Shown: positions 29,651 to 40,254, counted from the first letter of the stretch. The stretch: 64,000 bases of DNA from Oligoflexales bacterium (GCA_045106415.1 JBGCEP010000004.1:32001-96000), one strand, 5' to 3'. The notes: generated from the letters alone by a model not told the origin. Translations and numbers: made by a program.

Positions 29651-30445
29651 ATGGATAAGATTTTAGCCTGTGTCGTATGTTACGTGCTTTTTGGGGTCGT
29701 ATACGGAAATGATCTAAACCTTTTAATGGTTGAGCGTTATGGCGAGAACCCTGATGCTTATATGAAAACGGAGAGGATTTTAAAATGGTTGCAACCGCAG
29801 GTAAGTTATCAAATTCCTTCGATGGAAAAAGATGAAAAACAAAATGTTGTTATGTCAGCGCTTTGTTCCTCTCAAAAGCCTCCAATGCTTAAAGTAGAAG
29901 CTCAATGGAATAAAGAGGAATCTATTCAAAGAGAGGACGCAAGTATTTTAGGCGGGTTTGGGACTTTAATTGTCGATAATGAGAAAGATTTCTGTATTCC
30001 TGTTGCGCCATCTCAGAAAAGTTTTTTTGCCTATTATGGAGCGTATCTGATTCCTTATGATAATGTTGTCCAGTTTGAGTCAGACTCCCCTCTTCCCCTT
30101 ACCGAGATGCGGATCGGACCTTTGTATGCAGAACAGTATTTAATGGATGAGCAGTTAGGGGGAGGTTTTTATCTTGAAACACATGATCGTCCTCATTTTC
30201 ATATGCCATTAAATGTTGAAGCATCTGGCTACTTGATATTAGGAAAGATGAACGGTAGGTATTTAGAGGTTTCGGCATTTTCAATTCCATATGGCTACAG
30301 TGTTTATACTCCTCCTGAAGTGATTCATAATGATGGTTTTTTAGTTGGCCATTATAAGGTCGTGTATTCAGTGACTGAGCATTATTCAACAGTGCTTTTG
30401 CAGAATCAAACAGGACAGATGCTTCCAGTTTCAATTGAAAAGTGA
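29651..30445 (+). CDS. Secreted cupin-like protein resembling the ureidoglycolate lyase (AllA) family
   Basis: FYLETHDRPHFHMP ... AFSIPYGYSVYTPPEVIHND echoes the LExH...AF...G..Y....WH pattern. Confidence 0.5.
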   Translation: MDKILACVVCYVLFGVVYGNDLNLLMVERYGENPDAYMKTERILKWLQPQVSYQIPSMEKDEKQNVVMSALCSSQKPPMLKVEAQWNKEESIQREDASILGGFGTLIVDNEKDFCIPVAPSQKSFFAYYGAYLIPYDNVVQFESDSPLPLTEMRIGPLYAEQYLMDEQLGGGFYLETHDRPHFHMPLNVEASGYLILGKMNGRYLEVSAFSIPYGYSVYTPPEVIHNDGFLVGHYKVVYSVTEHYSTVLLQNQTGQMLPVSIEK

Positions 30446-30531
30446 TGCGTAGATTTTAAATATGATAGATCTGATTATTTATGGATTTGATATATAAATA
30501 TTCTTATGATTTTTCATCTGAAATTAATTTT

Positions 30532-31296
30532 TTAAAACTTTATAAAAAAGCACTCTCGTACTGAGTAAGGTGTGTTGCGTCTTGATTTTTGAGTTCCTAG
30601 AGGCATGAAAGAAGTTGTGACAGGAGAGTGATACGTTTTGAATAAATGATCCCAAAGTGAGATGGAGAAGCTGAAGTTTGAATCGGTCATTTTTATAGGA
30701 ATGGAATGATGAATCCGATGCATGCAGGGGGTCACAAGTATTTTTTGTAAAGGGTAGTCCCAACGGCCAATTGAAATATTACTGTGTTGAAAAATAGCTG
30801 CGCTACTTAAAATAACCTCTGCGATAAAAATACCTAAAGGGTGTGCACCGAGGCATAAAACTGCAGCAGATTTGATCAGAGTTGAGAGGATCATTTCAAT
30901 CGGATGAAATCGAATTCCACTTGAAAGGTCGAGGTCTTGATCTTCGTGGTGAACTCTGTGCCATGTCCATAACCATGGTATTTTATGAAAAAAACGATGC
31001 TGCCAGTAAATGATGAAATCAAGAGATATGACTGTGATTATAATTGCCAACACTTCTGGAAACTGAATGTTTTTTAAAATTCCAAAAGAGTTGTAAGAAC
31101 TCTGAGCTAATAGAAATGGCGGTAACAATGGTAAGAGTTGAGCGATTGTGCTATTGCAGGTGGCAAGTGATAGGTTTACAAACCAGCGTAGACTTCGAGG
31201 TTGTGTACTTGGGTAAGCGGGTTTGATGTTCTCCCAGATAGAAAAGGCGCAGCATAAAATTAAAAAAATAAAAATTTTAGTATGAATATAGATCAC
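30532..31296 (-). CDS. Sterol desaturase / fatty acid hydroxylase family protein
   Basis: YWQHRFFH, HRVHH, RFHP, HSN, HRIHH His boxes. Confidence 0.92.
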   Translation of the reverse strand: MIYIHTKIFIFLILCCAFSIWENIKPAYPSTQPRSLRWFVNLSLATCNSTIAQLLPLLPPFLLAQSSYNSFGILKNIQFPEVLAIIITVISLDFIIYWQHRFFHKIPWLWTWHRVHHEDQDLDLSSGIRFHPIEMILSTLIKSAAVLCLGAHPLGIFIAEVILSSAAIFQHSNISIGRWDYPLQKILVTPCMHRIHHSIPIKMTDSNFSFSISLWDHLFKTYHSPVTTSFMPLGTQKSRRNTPYSVRECFFIKF

Positions 31297-31310
31297 AATG
31301 CTCTCATTAA

Positions 31311-31343
31311 TAAAAAAAGAGGTATTGATATCAATACCTCTTT
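31311..31343 (-). terminator. Intrinsic terminator of the flagellin gene
   Basis: Perfect 28-bp palindrome AAAGAGGTATTGATATCAATACCTCTTT (31316-31343) running into a T-tract on the minus strand. Confidence 0.85.
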
Positions 31344-31362
31344 GACTATAATTTATGAAACC

Positions 31363-32208
31363 TTACTGATTTTGAAGTAAGCTTAATGCCATTCTTGGGA
31401 CGTTATTTGCTTGTGCTAGTACTGAAACACCTGCCTGCATAAGGATAGAGTGTTTTGTTAGAGAGGCGGTTTCGTCTGCAACGTCAACATCTTTAATTCG
31501 TGATCTTGCCGCAGAAAGATTTTCAACGGAAATAGCAATGTTTTTGACTGTTGAGGTGAGTCTGTTTTCTAAGGCACCTAACTCACCTCGGATAGAGGCA
31601 ACTTCATCAACAGCTCGTCCAATGAGCTCTAAGCTTCTTTGTGATGAAAATTTATCTCCAATACCAACATCTTCAAGTCCGAGCTTGTCGACGTTGACAT
31701 CCAGTTTAAAAGCGTTGAAAGAGATTCTGTCAACACCTAAAAGATTTGAGCCACCTGTGTTTACTTGAAAATCTAAAGATCCACCGGTGCCATCTAAAAG
31801 AACTGTTCCGTTAAATTCAGTGGAGTTTGCGATTCGATCAAGCTCCTCTTTTAAGGATTGGTACTCTTCGTTGAGATAACGCCGTTCTTTTTGTCCAATT
31901 GTATCACTGGCTGCTTGCACACCAAGCTCACGGAGTCGAACAAGGATGTTTTGAACTTCATTCAAACCACCTTCTGCGACCTGAATCAGAGAGACTCCGT
32001 CAGAAGCATTACGTTGCGCCTGGACGAGTCCACGAGTTCGTGCCCGTAACTTCTCTGAGATCGCAAGTCCAGCAGCATCATCACCAGCGCGATTGATGCG
32101 ATATCCACTGGATAATCTCTCAAGAGATTTATCAAGAAGTCGTCGAGTATTGCGCAAGTGTCGCTGCGCGGTAAGGGACGAGACGTTTGTCGCAATGCGA
32201 AGTCCCAT
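31363..32208 (-). CDS. fliC: Flagellin (short, D0/D1 only)
   Basis: RIATNVSSL, ERLSSGYRINRAGDDAAGLAISE, RGELGALENRL, SRIKDVDVA, LAQAN. Confidence 0.97.
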   Translation of the reverse strand: MGLRIATNVSSLTAQRHLRNTRRLLDKSLERLSSGYRINRAGDDAAGLAISEKLRARTRGLVQAQRNASDGVSLIQVAEGGLNEVQNILVRLRELGVQAASDTIGQKERRYLNEEYQSLKEELDRIANSTEFNGTVLLDGTGGSLDFQVNTGGSNLLGVDRISFNAFKLDVNVDKLGLEDVGIGDKFSSQRSLELIGRAVDEVASIRGELGALENRLTSTVKNIAISVENLSAARSRIKDVDVADETASLTKHSILMQAGVSVLAQANNVPRMALSLLQNQ

Positions 32209-32374
32209 TCATGGCCTCCCCGGGGTCTGTTCAAACTAAATCAGAAATACATATATGGCTTGATCTTAACATGAAACTGCTGTGCGTTTAGGAGCTTGAG
32301 TTGGAAAGCTTGAAGAATCTTGGAAAGATATTGAATTCTGGAGTGTTATGGAACACGGCAAAAACAGCCCTTTC

Positions 32375-33265
32375 TTAGAACTCGGATGTTTTTGCCGGTG
32401 TTGATTCTATTTTTTTAGATTTTGTGATGGCAACAGGACTTTTTGCTTGGTTTTGAAAAGGCTGTATGGGTTTTATGTCACTGTATATCCAGTAACCATT
32501 AGAGCTATGAACCCAAACGTGTGAGGGGTGTTTGCTTTTGTAAATGAGAAGTTCTTGGGAATGACCATCCATATTGTGGGTTGTTATCTGGGCGATGAGG
32601 TCTTTAAGAGAGTGCTGTGGGGGCTGAGGCTGAATGCTGGCAATGTGCCATTTTAAAAGAGGCTTTAAATCGATCGGTTTTTGTTTGTCATTAAGCCAGA
32701 GCATGTTCTCTTTAATGAAGTCATGGTGGTTTATTTTTATATTTTTTAAGTTGCCTGTGATGATGTGTTCTTCTGGATATTTTTTGTGACTGTGAATGAT
32801 TTTTTTGAAGGAATCTCGTGAAACAAGCCATATTTTTTTCTGAAAAAGGATATATTGTTCAGAGCGACCATAGCCTTTACGGCCAAGTGTCAGAGTGTAG
32901 GTGTGTCCTTCGGCATTAGTGATATTGATATGATCTTGTGTGGTATCTAGATTATAGCGAGCAACTTTCTCTGGGGTTGCTAGGCCAAGGTTTCTTAGAG
33001 GGGTTAAATGAGAAAAAGCATCGATGATTGCATTAAATTTGTAGGATGTAAGGAAGAACTTGGACTCTTGAGAACTCTTTTTTGTATGAGTTCCAACCCA
33101 GCGCCCTTTCTGAAGGTTGAGAGTTGTTGTCTCTTCGCTTTCAATCATAGTGATATTCTGAATGGATTCAAATTCAAAATGATTTGAATCGTGAGCCTCG
33201 TTGTGTAGAGTGAGCCCTATTGCAGTCATAAGAGCAATAAAAGCTACAGTAAGTTGTGCTTTCAT
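32375..33265 (-). CDS. DUF4340-like protein of a GldAFG-type operon
   Basis: N-terminal anchor; RYNLD, LTLG pattern; last gene of the ABC operon. Confidence 0.65.
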   Translation of the reverse strand: MKAQLTVAFIALMTAIGLTLHNEAHDSNHFEFESIQNITMIESEETTTLNLQKGRWVGTHTKKSSQESKFFLTSYKFNAIIDAFSHLTPLRNLGLATPEKVARYNLDTTQDHINITNAEGHTYTLTLGRKGYGRSEQYILFQKKIWLVSRDSFKKIIHSHKKYPEEHIITGNLKNIKINHHDFIKENMLWLNDKQKPIDLKPLLKWHIASIQPQPPQHSLKDLIAQITTHNMDGHSQELLIYKSKHPSHVWVHSSNGYWIYSDIKPIQPFQNQAKSPVAITKSKKIESTPAKTSEF

Positions 33266-35010
33266 GCGACCTCCGCCACCCGTAGTGGGTCTTCAGATCG
33301 TTTTCTTCTACGTGTTGCAAACCAGCCGCATATTAAGATAAAGAGAGGAACTACAGTTGTTGTTCCGTAAAACCAGATGCGTTCCCCTGTCCCTGAATGC
33401 TGGATGCGTACGTCTTCTTCTGAGTTGGAGAGGTGGGTTGGTGCGCCAGAGAGCCAGCTAAGAGTATCAGAGGCGTACATGGCGTTAGCTGGGTTGCGTA
33501 AGAATAAATCTCCTAAACTTGCTGTGTTACTCAGTACAGAAACTTTGGAATCACCTCTCCAAGCGACAGCGCTGAGGCCAAAAAAGTTTTTATTTGATGA
33601 ATTTTGATCCTGTGATGTCTGAGTTCCAGGGAGGGTTTGTATGAGGATTTCCGCATCCCAACTTTGGTCTCCTTCATCATGGATTTCTAGCCATCCTGAA
33701 CGGTGCGCAAAAAAGTTAGTTTGATCTTTGTGGGCGAAGAATCTCTGAACAGAAGGATGTTGTAGAACTCGTTGTGTAAAAATCATGGTTTTATTTTGGC
33801 GAGCTTGTGCTGAAGCTGTCAGGTGTTTTGTTGGGTGAGAGAGAATTTCGTTGTGGGTTTTAATTCCAAACTTGTAAAGCAATTGTGCGAGAGGGTCGTT
33901 TTCTCCTGAGAGAGGATCGAGCCAAATCCATAGCTTTCCACCTTTTGTGACCCAAGTTTCTAATGCTGAAACTTCTCCTTGTAAAAAAGGAGATCTAGCA
34001 CCTGCGATAATAATGAGATCAGCGTCTTCAGGAATGGACTGAGAAAGGCCTTCGTGAAGACTCAGAGGTTTAAGTTTGTAGTTTTGGGAAGTGATCCAAG
34101 ATTTGAATGTTGTGATACCTGTGATGGGGTGTTTTCCTCCTCGTAGAGGAACTTCCCCATGCCCTTGTGTCATGTAAGCTGTTTTGGCTGGTGAGACAAG
34201 GGTGTGAATCTTAGCTTGTACCTTTTGATCTAAATTGCGCAGTGTCGCCATAGCTTGATGGTGCTGCAAGCCTATGTCGATATATTGAGGTTGTTGTTTG
34301 TGTTTTGTTATCACTAAAAAACCATTGCGGTTGATGTGAAGTTGATGAGCTGCGTCTAAATCTTCGTCTTTATCTAGAAGTGAAAAATCAATAGGGAGGA
34401 GTTCAAAGTATGATTCTACTCTTTGTCCGATTTCGTGCTCTTTTGGAAAAAAAGCAGTAGCTTTTAAGCCTTCTTGAGAATCAAGAAGATTTCTTGTGTC
34501 GTCGGAAGGAAGCGCAGTTTTGGAATATGTGAGATCTGTTTGAAAATCAATTTGATGAGCGCTCCAATTGATTGCTCCCATGATAACAGCTAAAAGGGCA
34601 ACGCTATGCCAAGCCTTTAGAGAAGCATGAAACCTAAGAGGTTCATCGTGTTTGTGAATGATGTGTGGTGTTTGAGAGAGAAGTCCCAGTGTCATGAACA
34701 CATTTAAAAGTGATAAGCTGGACCATATGGTGAAAAGCAATATTTGCATTGTTTCTGTGAGTTCGGAGGCATCCCAAACCCAATATGCTGTGAAAGAAAT
34801 GAAAGCGGTTGTACTCCATATGACGAAATGTTGCCAATAATGCTTTTGTTGTTTCTTTAAGATCCAAAACCCAATATGAGAACAAAGAGAAATAGCAAGG
34901 GCCATACACAAAGACGCTCGTATGGTTGGTGTTGTCTCAAAAAAACGTTCTGAGATCAGAATTGCCGTGTTGATAGCAAGCCCTATGAGCAAAAAAATTA
35001 TCCTCTCCAT
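33262..35010 (-). CDS. GldG-like ABC auxiliary component
   Basis: DLT, YMTQGHGE, IPEDADLIIIAG, GGKLWIWLDP, N...WL, C-terminal TM followed by RRR; ATG 35010 with GGAGG RBS. Confidence 0.85.
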   Translation of the reverse strand: MERIIFLLIGLAINTAILISERFFETTPTIRASLCMALAISLCSHIGFWILKKQQKHYWQHFVIWSTTAFISFTAYWVWDASELTETMQILLFTIWSSLSLLNVFMTLGLLSQTPHIIHKHDEPLRFHASLKAWHSVALLAVIMGAINWSAHQIDFQTDLTYSKTALPSDDTRNLLDSQEGLKATAFFPKEHEIGQRVESYFELLPIDFSLLDKDEDLDAAHQLHINRNGFLVITKHKQQPQYIDIGLQHHQAMATLRNLDQKVQAKIHTLVSPAKTAYMTQGHGEVPLRGGKHPITGITTFKSWITSQNYKLKPLSLHEGLSQSIPEDADLIIIAGARSPFLQGEVSALETWVTKGGKLWIWLDPLSGENDPLAQLLYKFGIKTHNEILSHPTKHLTASAQARQNKTMIFTQRVLQHPSVQRFFAHKDQTNFFAHRSGWLEIHDEGDQSWDAEILIQTLPGTQTSQDQNSSNKNFFGLSAVAWRGDSKVSVLSNTASLGDLFLRNPANAMYASDTLSWLSGAPTHLSNSEEDVRIQHSGTGERIWFYGTTTVVPLFILICGWFATRRRKRSEDPLRVAEVA

Positions 35011-35726
35011 CGACGAACCTCCATAAACTGAACAGAACACTCAAGAAAAAAGAGTGTGACACTGAGATAGTAAATTACATCAGTAAGTTTAAAAATCCCT
35101 TGCGCCATAGAGCGGTAGTGCTCATTGTGAATGGCTATCCAACTAAAAAATTGATCAAGAGGTGGTGTTGATAAAGCAGCAAGCGTCCAAGCGACAAGAA
35201 AGCTGATAAGGATAAATCCACTTAACGCAGCGGCTAGAAGTTGATTCGGCGCAATACTAGATGCAAAAAGGGTGATAGATAAGCAGGCGCTCCCTAACAG
35301 AATAAGCATAAGGTAACCCAAGGCGGTCTGAGCTAAAGATATTTTGCCGTGATACATCACAAGGGCTGGCATATGCAATGAACATACAAGCATCAGAGTC
35401 AAAAACATCAACGATGCGAGAAATTTACCGTAAATTAAACTGCGACCCTTTATAGGAGCTGTTAAGTATAAAAGAAGAGTTTTTTGTTGTCTTTCTTCTG
35501 CGATGAGGCGAATAGCAAGAAACACGCCGGCAAGCATGACAAATCCACTTGAGAAGTAAAAATAAGATTCAAGGACCTCTGCTGAAAGTTTTGCATTTGC
35601 GCCAAGAGCCCAAGCATTAAAAAAGATGCCATTCATAAATAAAGCCATTGCAGCAATGAGATAACCTGTCCAAGTCTTGAGTATGATAGAAAACTCTTTA
35701 TGAGCAATCGTCCAAACATTAGTCAT
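34998..35726 (-). CDS. GldF-like ABC-2 permease
   Basis: IAHKE, EERQQKT..L.TAP, GKF, NQ..AA, DVIYY. Confidence 0.88.
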   Translation of the reverse strand: MTNVWTIAHKEFSIILKTWTGYLIAAMALFMNGIFFNAWALGANAKLSAEVLESYFYFSSGFVMLAGVFLAIRLIAEERQQKTLLLYLTAPIKGRSLIYGKFLASLMFLTLMLVCSLHMPALVMYHGKISLAQTALGYLMLILLGSACLSITLFASSIAPNQLLAAALSGFILISFLVAWTLAALSTPPLDQFFSWIAIHNEHYRSMAQGIFKLTDVIYYLSVTLFFLECSVQFMEVRRWRG

Positions 35727-36642
35727 GATGATTTCCCCCAATAAGGCGCAGTAGCACTTTTTCTAATTCATTGTGAGTTTTTTCTAAACTGAGGAGTTGG
35801 CCTTGGTTTTGGATAATTGTAGCAGCAATGTGTGGTCGGCAATCGGTCTGGCATTCAAAAAAACCTGTAGTGATGTGGTCTGTTTTTTTCAGTTGATGGT
35901 GGTTAAGTCCAGGTATGGGCTGTAAAACTTGTGACCAGTTTGTTCCCCCCTCCCATTGAGCTTTGATTTGGATGGTGGATGTACGCTCGAGTTCTTTTGG
36001 TTGACCTGTGGTAAGAACTTGACCTTCTTGTACGATGAGAAGACGGTCAGATATTTTAGTCATTTCTGATAAATTGTGGCTTGAGAATAAAATTGTATGC
36101 TTTTTCTTAAGCTCCAATATAAGATCGCGAAGTTCGACAATCTGTAAAGGATCTAAACCGTTTGTTGGCTCGTCTAAAATAAGAATTTTAGGCTTGTGAA
36201 CAATAGCTTGTGCGATGGATGTTCGCTGTTGATACCCGTGTGATAAGGATCCTAGGTGAGTATCTAAATGCCGAGAAAGTTGCGTGGTTTTACTGGCGTC
36301 ATGAACGTGTTGTTGGAGTTGAGGTCGAGGTACGCCCCGTAGGCGCGCTAAGAAAGTTAGGTAATCACGAACGGTCATTTCAGGGTAAAGAGGTGGCTTG
36401 TCAGGTAAGAAACCAATGCGACTGCGAATCTCATGTGGCGATGTTAAAATCGAATAACCATCAATTGTGATGTCCCCACTTGACGGAAGGATCTCTGTTG
36501 CTAGAATCCTGAGGAGTGTTGTTTTTCCTGCTCCGTTTAGGCCGATGATACCAAGAACTTCGTGATCATGAGCTTGGAAAGATATGTTACTTAACGCGCT
36601 TTGGTTTCCAAAGGTTTTACCGATACCTTCGACTTGAATCAT
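35719..36642 (-). CDS. GldA-like ABC transporter ATP-binding protein
   Basis: GLNGAGKTT, LSHGYQQR, ILDEPTNGLDP, SSH; ATG 36642 with AAGGAG RBS. Confidence 0.92.
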   Translation of the reverse strand: MIQVEGIGKTFGNQSALSNISFQAHDHEVLGIIGLNGAGKTTLLRILATEILPSSGDITIDGYSILTSPHEIRSRIGFLPDKPPLYPEMTVRDYLTFLARLRGVPRPQLQQHVHDASKTTQLSRHLDTHLGSLSHGYQQRTSIAQAIVHKPKILILDEPTNGLDPLQIVELRDLILELKKKHTILFSSHNLSEMTKISDRLLIVQEGQVLTTGQPKELERTSTIQIKAQWEGGTNWSQVLQPIPGLNHHQLKKTDHITTGFFECQTDCRPHIAATIIQNQGQLLSLEKTHNELEKVLLRLIGGNHHD

Positions 36643-36728
36643 AAAAAACTCCTTGTCACAGATTATCAATCTAGCGTTTGCAAAACGCAGTAGCAAGTGT
36701 TCGGCTTATACAAGGTGGGAGAAATGAA

Positions 36729-37541
36729 ATGTTTATGAAGTTTTTTTTGTCATTAATTTTTACTTTTTCTTTTGCGTATCACTGTAGCGCGGGGGTGCGG
36801 GTAGGGTCACTGTCGCTTGCTAGTGATGAAATTGTTTATGAACTTTTAAAGCGCGCAAAACGTGTGCAGGATATTGTTGCTGTTTCTAGTCTGGCTTTGG
36901 ATCATCGTTATAGCCATATAGCTGAAGACGCTTTGGCGATGAAAAGGGTGATTGGATCAAGCCCAGAAGAGCTGTGGATGATCGATGCTGATCTATGGAT
37001 AGGGGCTTCTTACAATAGATCGGTTTTGTTTGATGTTGTACGCAAAAAAAAACAACGTCTTGTTGTATTAAAAGATTTTTCTCGTTTAGAAGATATTCGA
37101 AAGCATATTTACATGATTGGTGAGCATCTAGGTGTACCCAAGCATGCAAAAAAACTTGTGCGAGAGTTTGATCAGAAACTTTCTTTAGAGGTTCCTTTGA
37201 AAAATTCGCTTAAGGTTATTTTATGGTCTGCAAATGGTGTTGTTGCTGGAAAACAGACTCTTTGGGATGACTTGGTGTCCCGTCTCGGTGGAAATAATGT
37301 TGTGCAACATCAAGGGTGGAAAAAAATCAGTGTGGAAACACTTGCTGTATTACGGCCAGATGTCGTTATAACAACAGAGTCACCGCATTTGGTTGCGACA
37401 ACTCCAGGGTGGAATCTAATCCCTGCTGTACAGAATAAAAAAGTGGTGCAAGTTCAAGGGCGTTCATTAAGCTCAGTGTCTCATCATATTGTAAAAGCTT
37501 TTGATGAGTTAAGGCTCGTTTTTGAAAGGTTTTCAAATTGA
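36729..37541 (+). CDS. BtuF/FecB-like periplasmic binding protein (cobalamin/iron-chelate)
   Basis: RVGSLSLASDEIV, E..A.LRPDVVI, IPAVQNKKV; signal peptide. Confidence 0.8.
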   Translation: MFMKFFLSLIFTFSFAYHCSAGVRVGSLSLASDEIVYELLKRAKRVQDIVAVSSLALDHRYSHIAEDALAMKRVIGSSPEELWMIDADLWIGASYNRSVLFDVVRKKKQRLVVLKDFSRLEDIRKHIYMIGEHLGVPKHAKKLVREFDQKLSLEVPLKNSLKVILWSANGVVAGKQTLWDDLVSRLGGNNVVQHQGWKKISVETLAVLRPDVVITTESPHLVATTPGWNLIPAVQNKKVVQVQGRSLSSVSHHIVKAFDELRLVFERFSN

Positions 37542-38488
37542 AAAAAAATTGGATTGGTTTGTGTCTCCTCTTGGGGATGTTGTCTCTTGGATTCGGAAAA
37601 AGTGGGTGTCTTTTTTTTTGGGGGCATGATCATTGCCAGAGCGTGTTTTGGCAACTTCGAGTACCGAGAACTCTAGGTGCTTTGTGGTCGGGTTCTGTTT
37701 TTGCGGCTGCAGGTGTTTTGAGTCAGGGGATGTTTAGAAATCCTTTAGCTTCGCCGGGAATTCTAGGCATGAGTAGTGGGGCAGCTGTGGGGGTGAGTTT
37801 AGCTTTTTTGAGTGGCTGGGTTTTCTACCTTCCTTTTGCAGGGCTTTTAGGTGCTGTGAGTGTTGGTGCTTTTATGCTTTTTATTTCTAAGAAAACGGCG
37901 TCTTCGGACAGATTGTTATTGGCAGGTGTGGCTATTTCAGGGTTACTAGGTGCTGTGCAGTCCTTTATTCTTTCAAGGCTGTTGAGTGATCCTCATGAAG
38001 TTGCAACTTTAATGCAATGGATGTTAGGAGGGCTTGCTGTTGTTGGCTACGATCGTCTCTTAGTGGGGTGTCCGCTGGGATTGTTGGTGCTTCCTTGGAT
38101 TCCAAAATTATGCCAAAAATTAAATTTATCACTTCTTGGTGAAGAAAGAGCTCTTTTTCTTGGAGTTGAGATGCAGCGTATGCGGATGGAGTGTATAGGT
38201 GTTGTGGCGCTTCTTGTCAGCTCAGGAGTTTATGTCTGCGGTATTCTGCCTTTTGTGGGACTTGTTGTTCCTTATATTGTTCGTTTGTGGGTTGGAGTGC
38301 GGCATCAAACTCTATTGGTCTACGCTGTTGTGACGGGTGCTGCTGTTGTTCTTATGGCTGATAATTTGGGGCGTTGGCTAGGAGGGGCTCAAGAAATTGA
38401 AGCCGGTATTGTGATGGGTCTTGTTGGTAGTCCTTGTTTTTTTTGGATGCTAAAGAAAACATCTTCTCGCGGAGGAGGCTGGTCATGA
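37538..38488 (+). CDS. FecCD/BtuC-family ABC permease
   Basis: LRVPR, QGMFRNPLASPGILGMSSGA, LGEERA..LG, FVGLVVP, G.P.F. Confidence 0.92.
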   Translation: MKKNWIGLCLLLGMLSLGFGKSGCLFFWGHDHCQSVFWQLRVPRTLGALWSGSVFAAAGVLSQGMFRNPLASPGILGMSSGAAVGVSLAFLSGWVFYLPFAGLLGAVSVGAFMLFISKKTASSDRLLLAGVAISGLLGAVQSFILSRLLSDPHEVATLMQWMLGGLAVVGYDRLLVGCPLGLLVLPWIPKLCQKLNLSLLGEERALFLGVEMQRMRMECIGVVALLVSSGVYVCGILPFVGLVVPYIVRLWVGVRHQTLLVYAVVTGAAVVLMADNLGRWLGGAQEIEAGIVMGLVGSPCFFWMLKKTSSRGGGWS

Positions 38489-39228
38489 TGTCAATAAAAA
38501 ATCTGATAGTTGAGCCAATTTTTTCTGCTGCTATGAGCTTTGATTTTGCAGCAAACGAGCGTGTTGCTGTTATCGGGCCTAGCGGCGCAGGGAAAACAAC
38601 TCTTCTTAAAGGAGTGTCTACTCTTATGGGGCAATGCCAAAGCTTGACCGTTGATACTTGTGATGTGTTAGATCTCCATCCTGTAGAACGCTCTAAAGTC
38701 TTATCTTGGACCCCAGAGCGTCTCGAATGGTCTTTTGATATGTCGGCAATTGAGGTTGTTGAACTTAGCTTTGCTCCTTGGGGCTGCCTATCCTCAGAAA
38801 CACAGATTTTTGCAGTTCAAGCCTTATGCTCTTTAGGTTTAAGGCCTGAACAAAGAGTGATGCAAATGAGTTCAGGGGAGCTGCGTAGACTGACCGTGGC
38901 TCATACCCTGTGTTCCCAGGCTCGTGTACTTGTGATCGATGAGCCAACAGCAAATTTAGACCCGTATCATGCATATAAAAGTCTAGAGCTTCTTAGCAAG
39001 AAAGATGCGGTTGTCTTATTCGCTACGCACGATTTAAGTCTTGCTCTAGAATTTGCAAGTTTTTTAATTGTGTTGTCTTCAGGGAGGGTTGTTTGTGCAG
39101 GAGAACCTGAGAAGGTGTGGTCCCAAAGTGTGCTGAGAGACGTTTTTCAAGTTGAAAGCGTCCGACACACACACTTTGGGGAATACTTTCCGTTTCTTAA
39201 ACCCAGAATTATCCTGGAAGAACGGTAA
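38485..39228 (+). CDS. BtuD/FecE-like ABC ATP-binding protein
   Basis: [29 protein letters not shown]. Confidence 0.9.
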   Translation: MMSIKNLIVEPIFSAAMSFDFAANERVAVIGPSGAGKTTLLKGVSTLMGQCQSLTVDTCDVLDLHPVERSKVLSWTPERLEWSFDMSAIEVVELSFAPWGCLSSETQIFAVQALCSLGLRPEQRVMQMSSGELRRLTVAHTLCSQARVLVIDEPTANLDPYHAYKSLELLSKKDAVVLFATHDLSLALEFASFLIVLSSGRVVCAGEPEKVWSQSVLRDVFQVESVRHTHFGEYFPFLKPRIILEER

Positions 39229-39406
39229 CATTCTCTGCGCATGGTCCTTTACGGCCTTCGCCAACTTCAAACTCGACAGAGTCGCCTTCTTGAAGTGAAC
39301 CACCAGCAATTGCTGAATGGTGAACAAAAAGATCTGCATCATCGTCACGCTCGATAAAACCGTAACCTTTTTGTGTGTTGAACCACTTTACTTTACCCAC
39401 TGGCAT
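39209..39406 (-). CDS. cspA: Cold-shock protein
   Basis: [37 protein letters not shown] 39406 with GAGG RBS. Confidence 0.95.
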   Translation of the reverse strand: MPVGKVKWFNTQKGYGFIERDDDADLFVHHSAIAGGSLQEGDSVEFEVGEGRKGPCAENVTVLPG

Positions 39407-39559
39407 ACTGGACCTCATTAACTGGGTGTTCATATTCTTTCTTGTATGTTCATACTGACCTTAGTCATCAGCTTGATGGTCGCTGCCATGTTATTCACAG
39501 GTCAGGAAGTCATCAACGGATCTGAAAACGTTGAATCGAACTGCTACAAGAACCTGGAC

Positions 39560-39588
39560 AGGGTATTCGTATTCTTTGTGAAAATCAA
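39560..39588 (-). promoter_or_regulatory. sigma70-like promoter of the csp gene
   Basis: TTGATT-N17-TACCCT; implies a ~150-nt 5' UTR. Confidence 0.5.
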
Positions 39589-39705
39589 GGCTTTCATCAG
39601 TTAACCACAGAAGAAGATTATTATTTTATCTAAAAAGCTGAAAATAGTGGTTTTTTGAGTCGCTTCCGTGGTTCTTAAGTCTCTTGAAGTTAAGCCTTTT
39701 GTTTT

Positions 39706-40254
39706 TTATGAGGGCCATAAATGATAATTGAGTGTCGGTGGTTGAGATATGGACCATTGTCCTTGTGTATGGTGTAACTTCGTGAGACTTCCGTTTTGGA
39801 CTTTAAAGTTTTCAAGCCCAAGGTTTTCAAGGAAAAGGTGAATAGGTCCGGAGTGAGTAAAAACAATGCTTTTTTGATGATGTTGGATTTGCGATTCTAA
39901 ACACTCTGAAAATCTTTGTAAAACTTTGTATTGAGGCTCTACATTGTCGAGTTGTTGGTGTGACTTTTTATGGCCCTGATGATGACCCAAGTGTCTTTCT
40001 CGGAGGCTCTCGGATGTGATAACAGTGTTTAGGGAGGCACATATCATTTTGGTTGGGATGGCTGTTTGGATAGCTCGAGTTAAATCGCTCATGAGAAGAA
40101 GTGTTGGGCTTTGTTGTGATAGCCAAAAACTTAAAGCTGACGCTTGACGCACACCTTTAGGCGTAAGGAAGCCTTGTTGCTGACCTTCGATCATGCGAGT
40201 TTGGTTCCCAAAGGATTGACCGTGACGTGCAATGTATATCGTTTTCAGATGCAA
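39706..40254 (-). CDS. Histidine phosphatase (phosphoglycerate mutase family)
   Basis: RHGQS, SDLTRAIQTA, LRERHLG, THSG, NGS. Confidence 0.9.
   Translation of the reverse strand: MHLKTIYIARHGQSFGNQTRMIEGQQQGFLTPKGVRQASALSFWLSQQSPTLLLMSDLTRAIQTAIPTKMICASLNTVITSESLRERHLGHHQGHKKSHQQLDNVEPQYKVLQRFSECLESQIQHHQKSIVFTHSGPIHLFLENLGLENFKVQNGSLTKLHHTQGQWSISQPPTLNYHLWPS

Noticed and set aside
36643..36728. Cobalamin riboswitch expected upstream of the Btu-like ABC operon
   Set aside because: Only 86 bp between divergent starts; no B12-box
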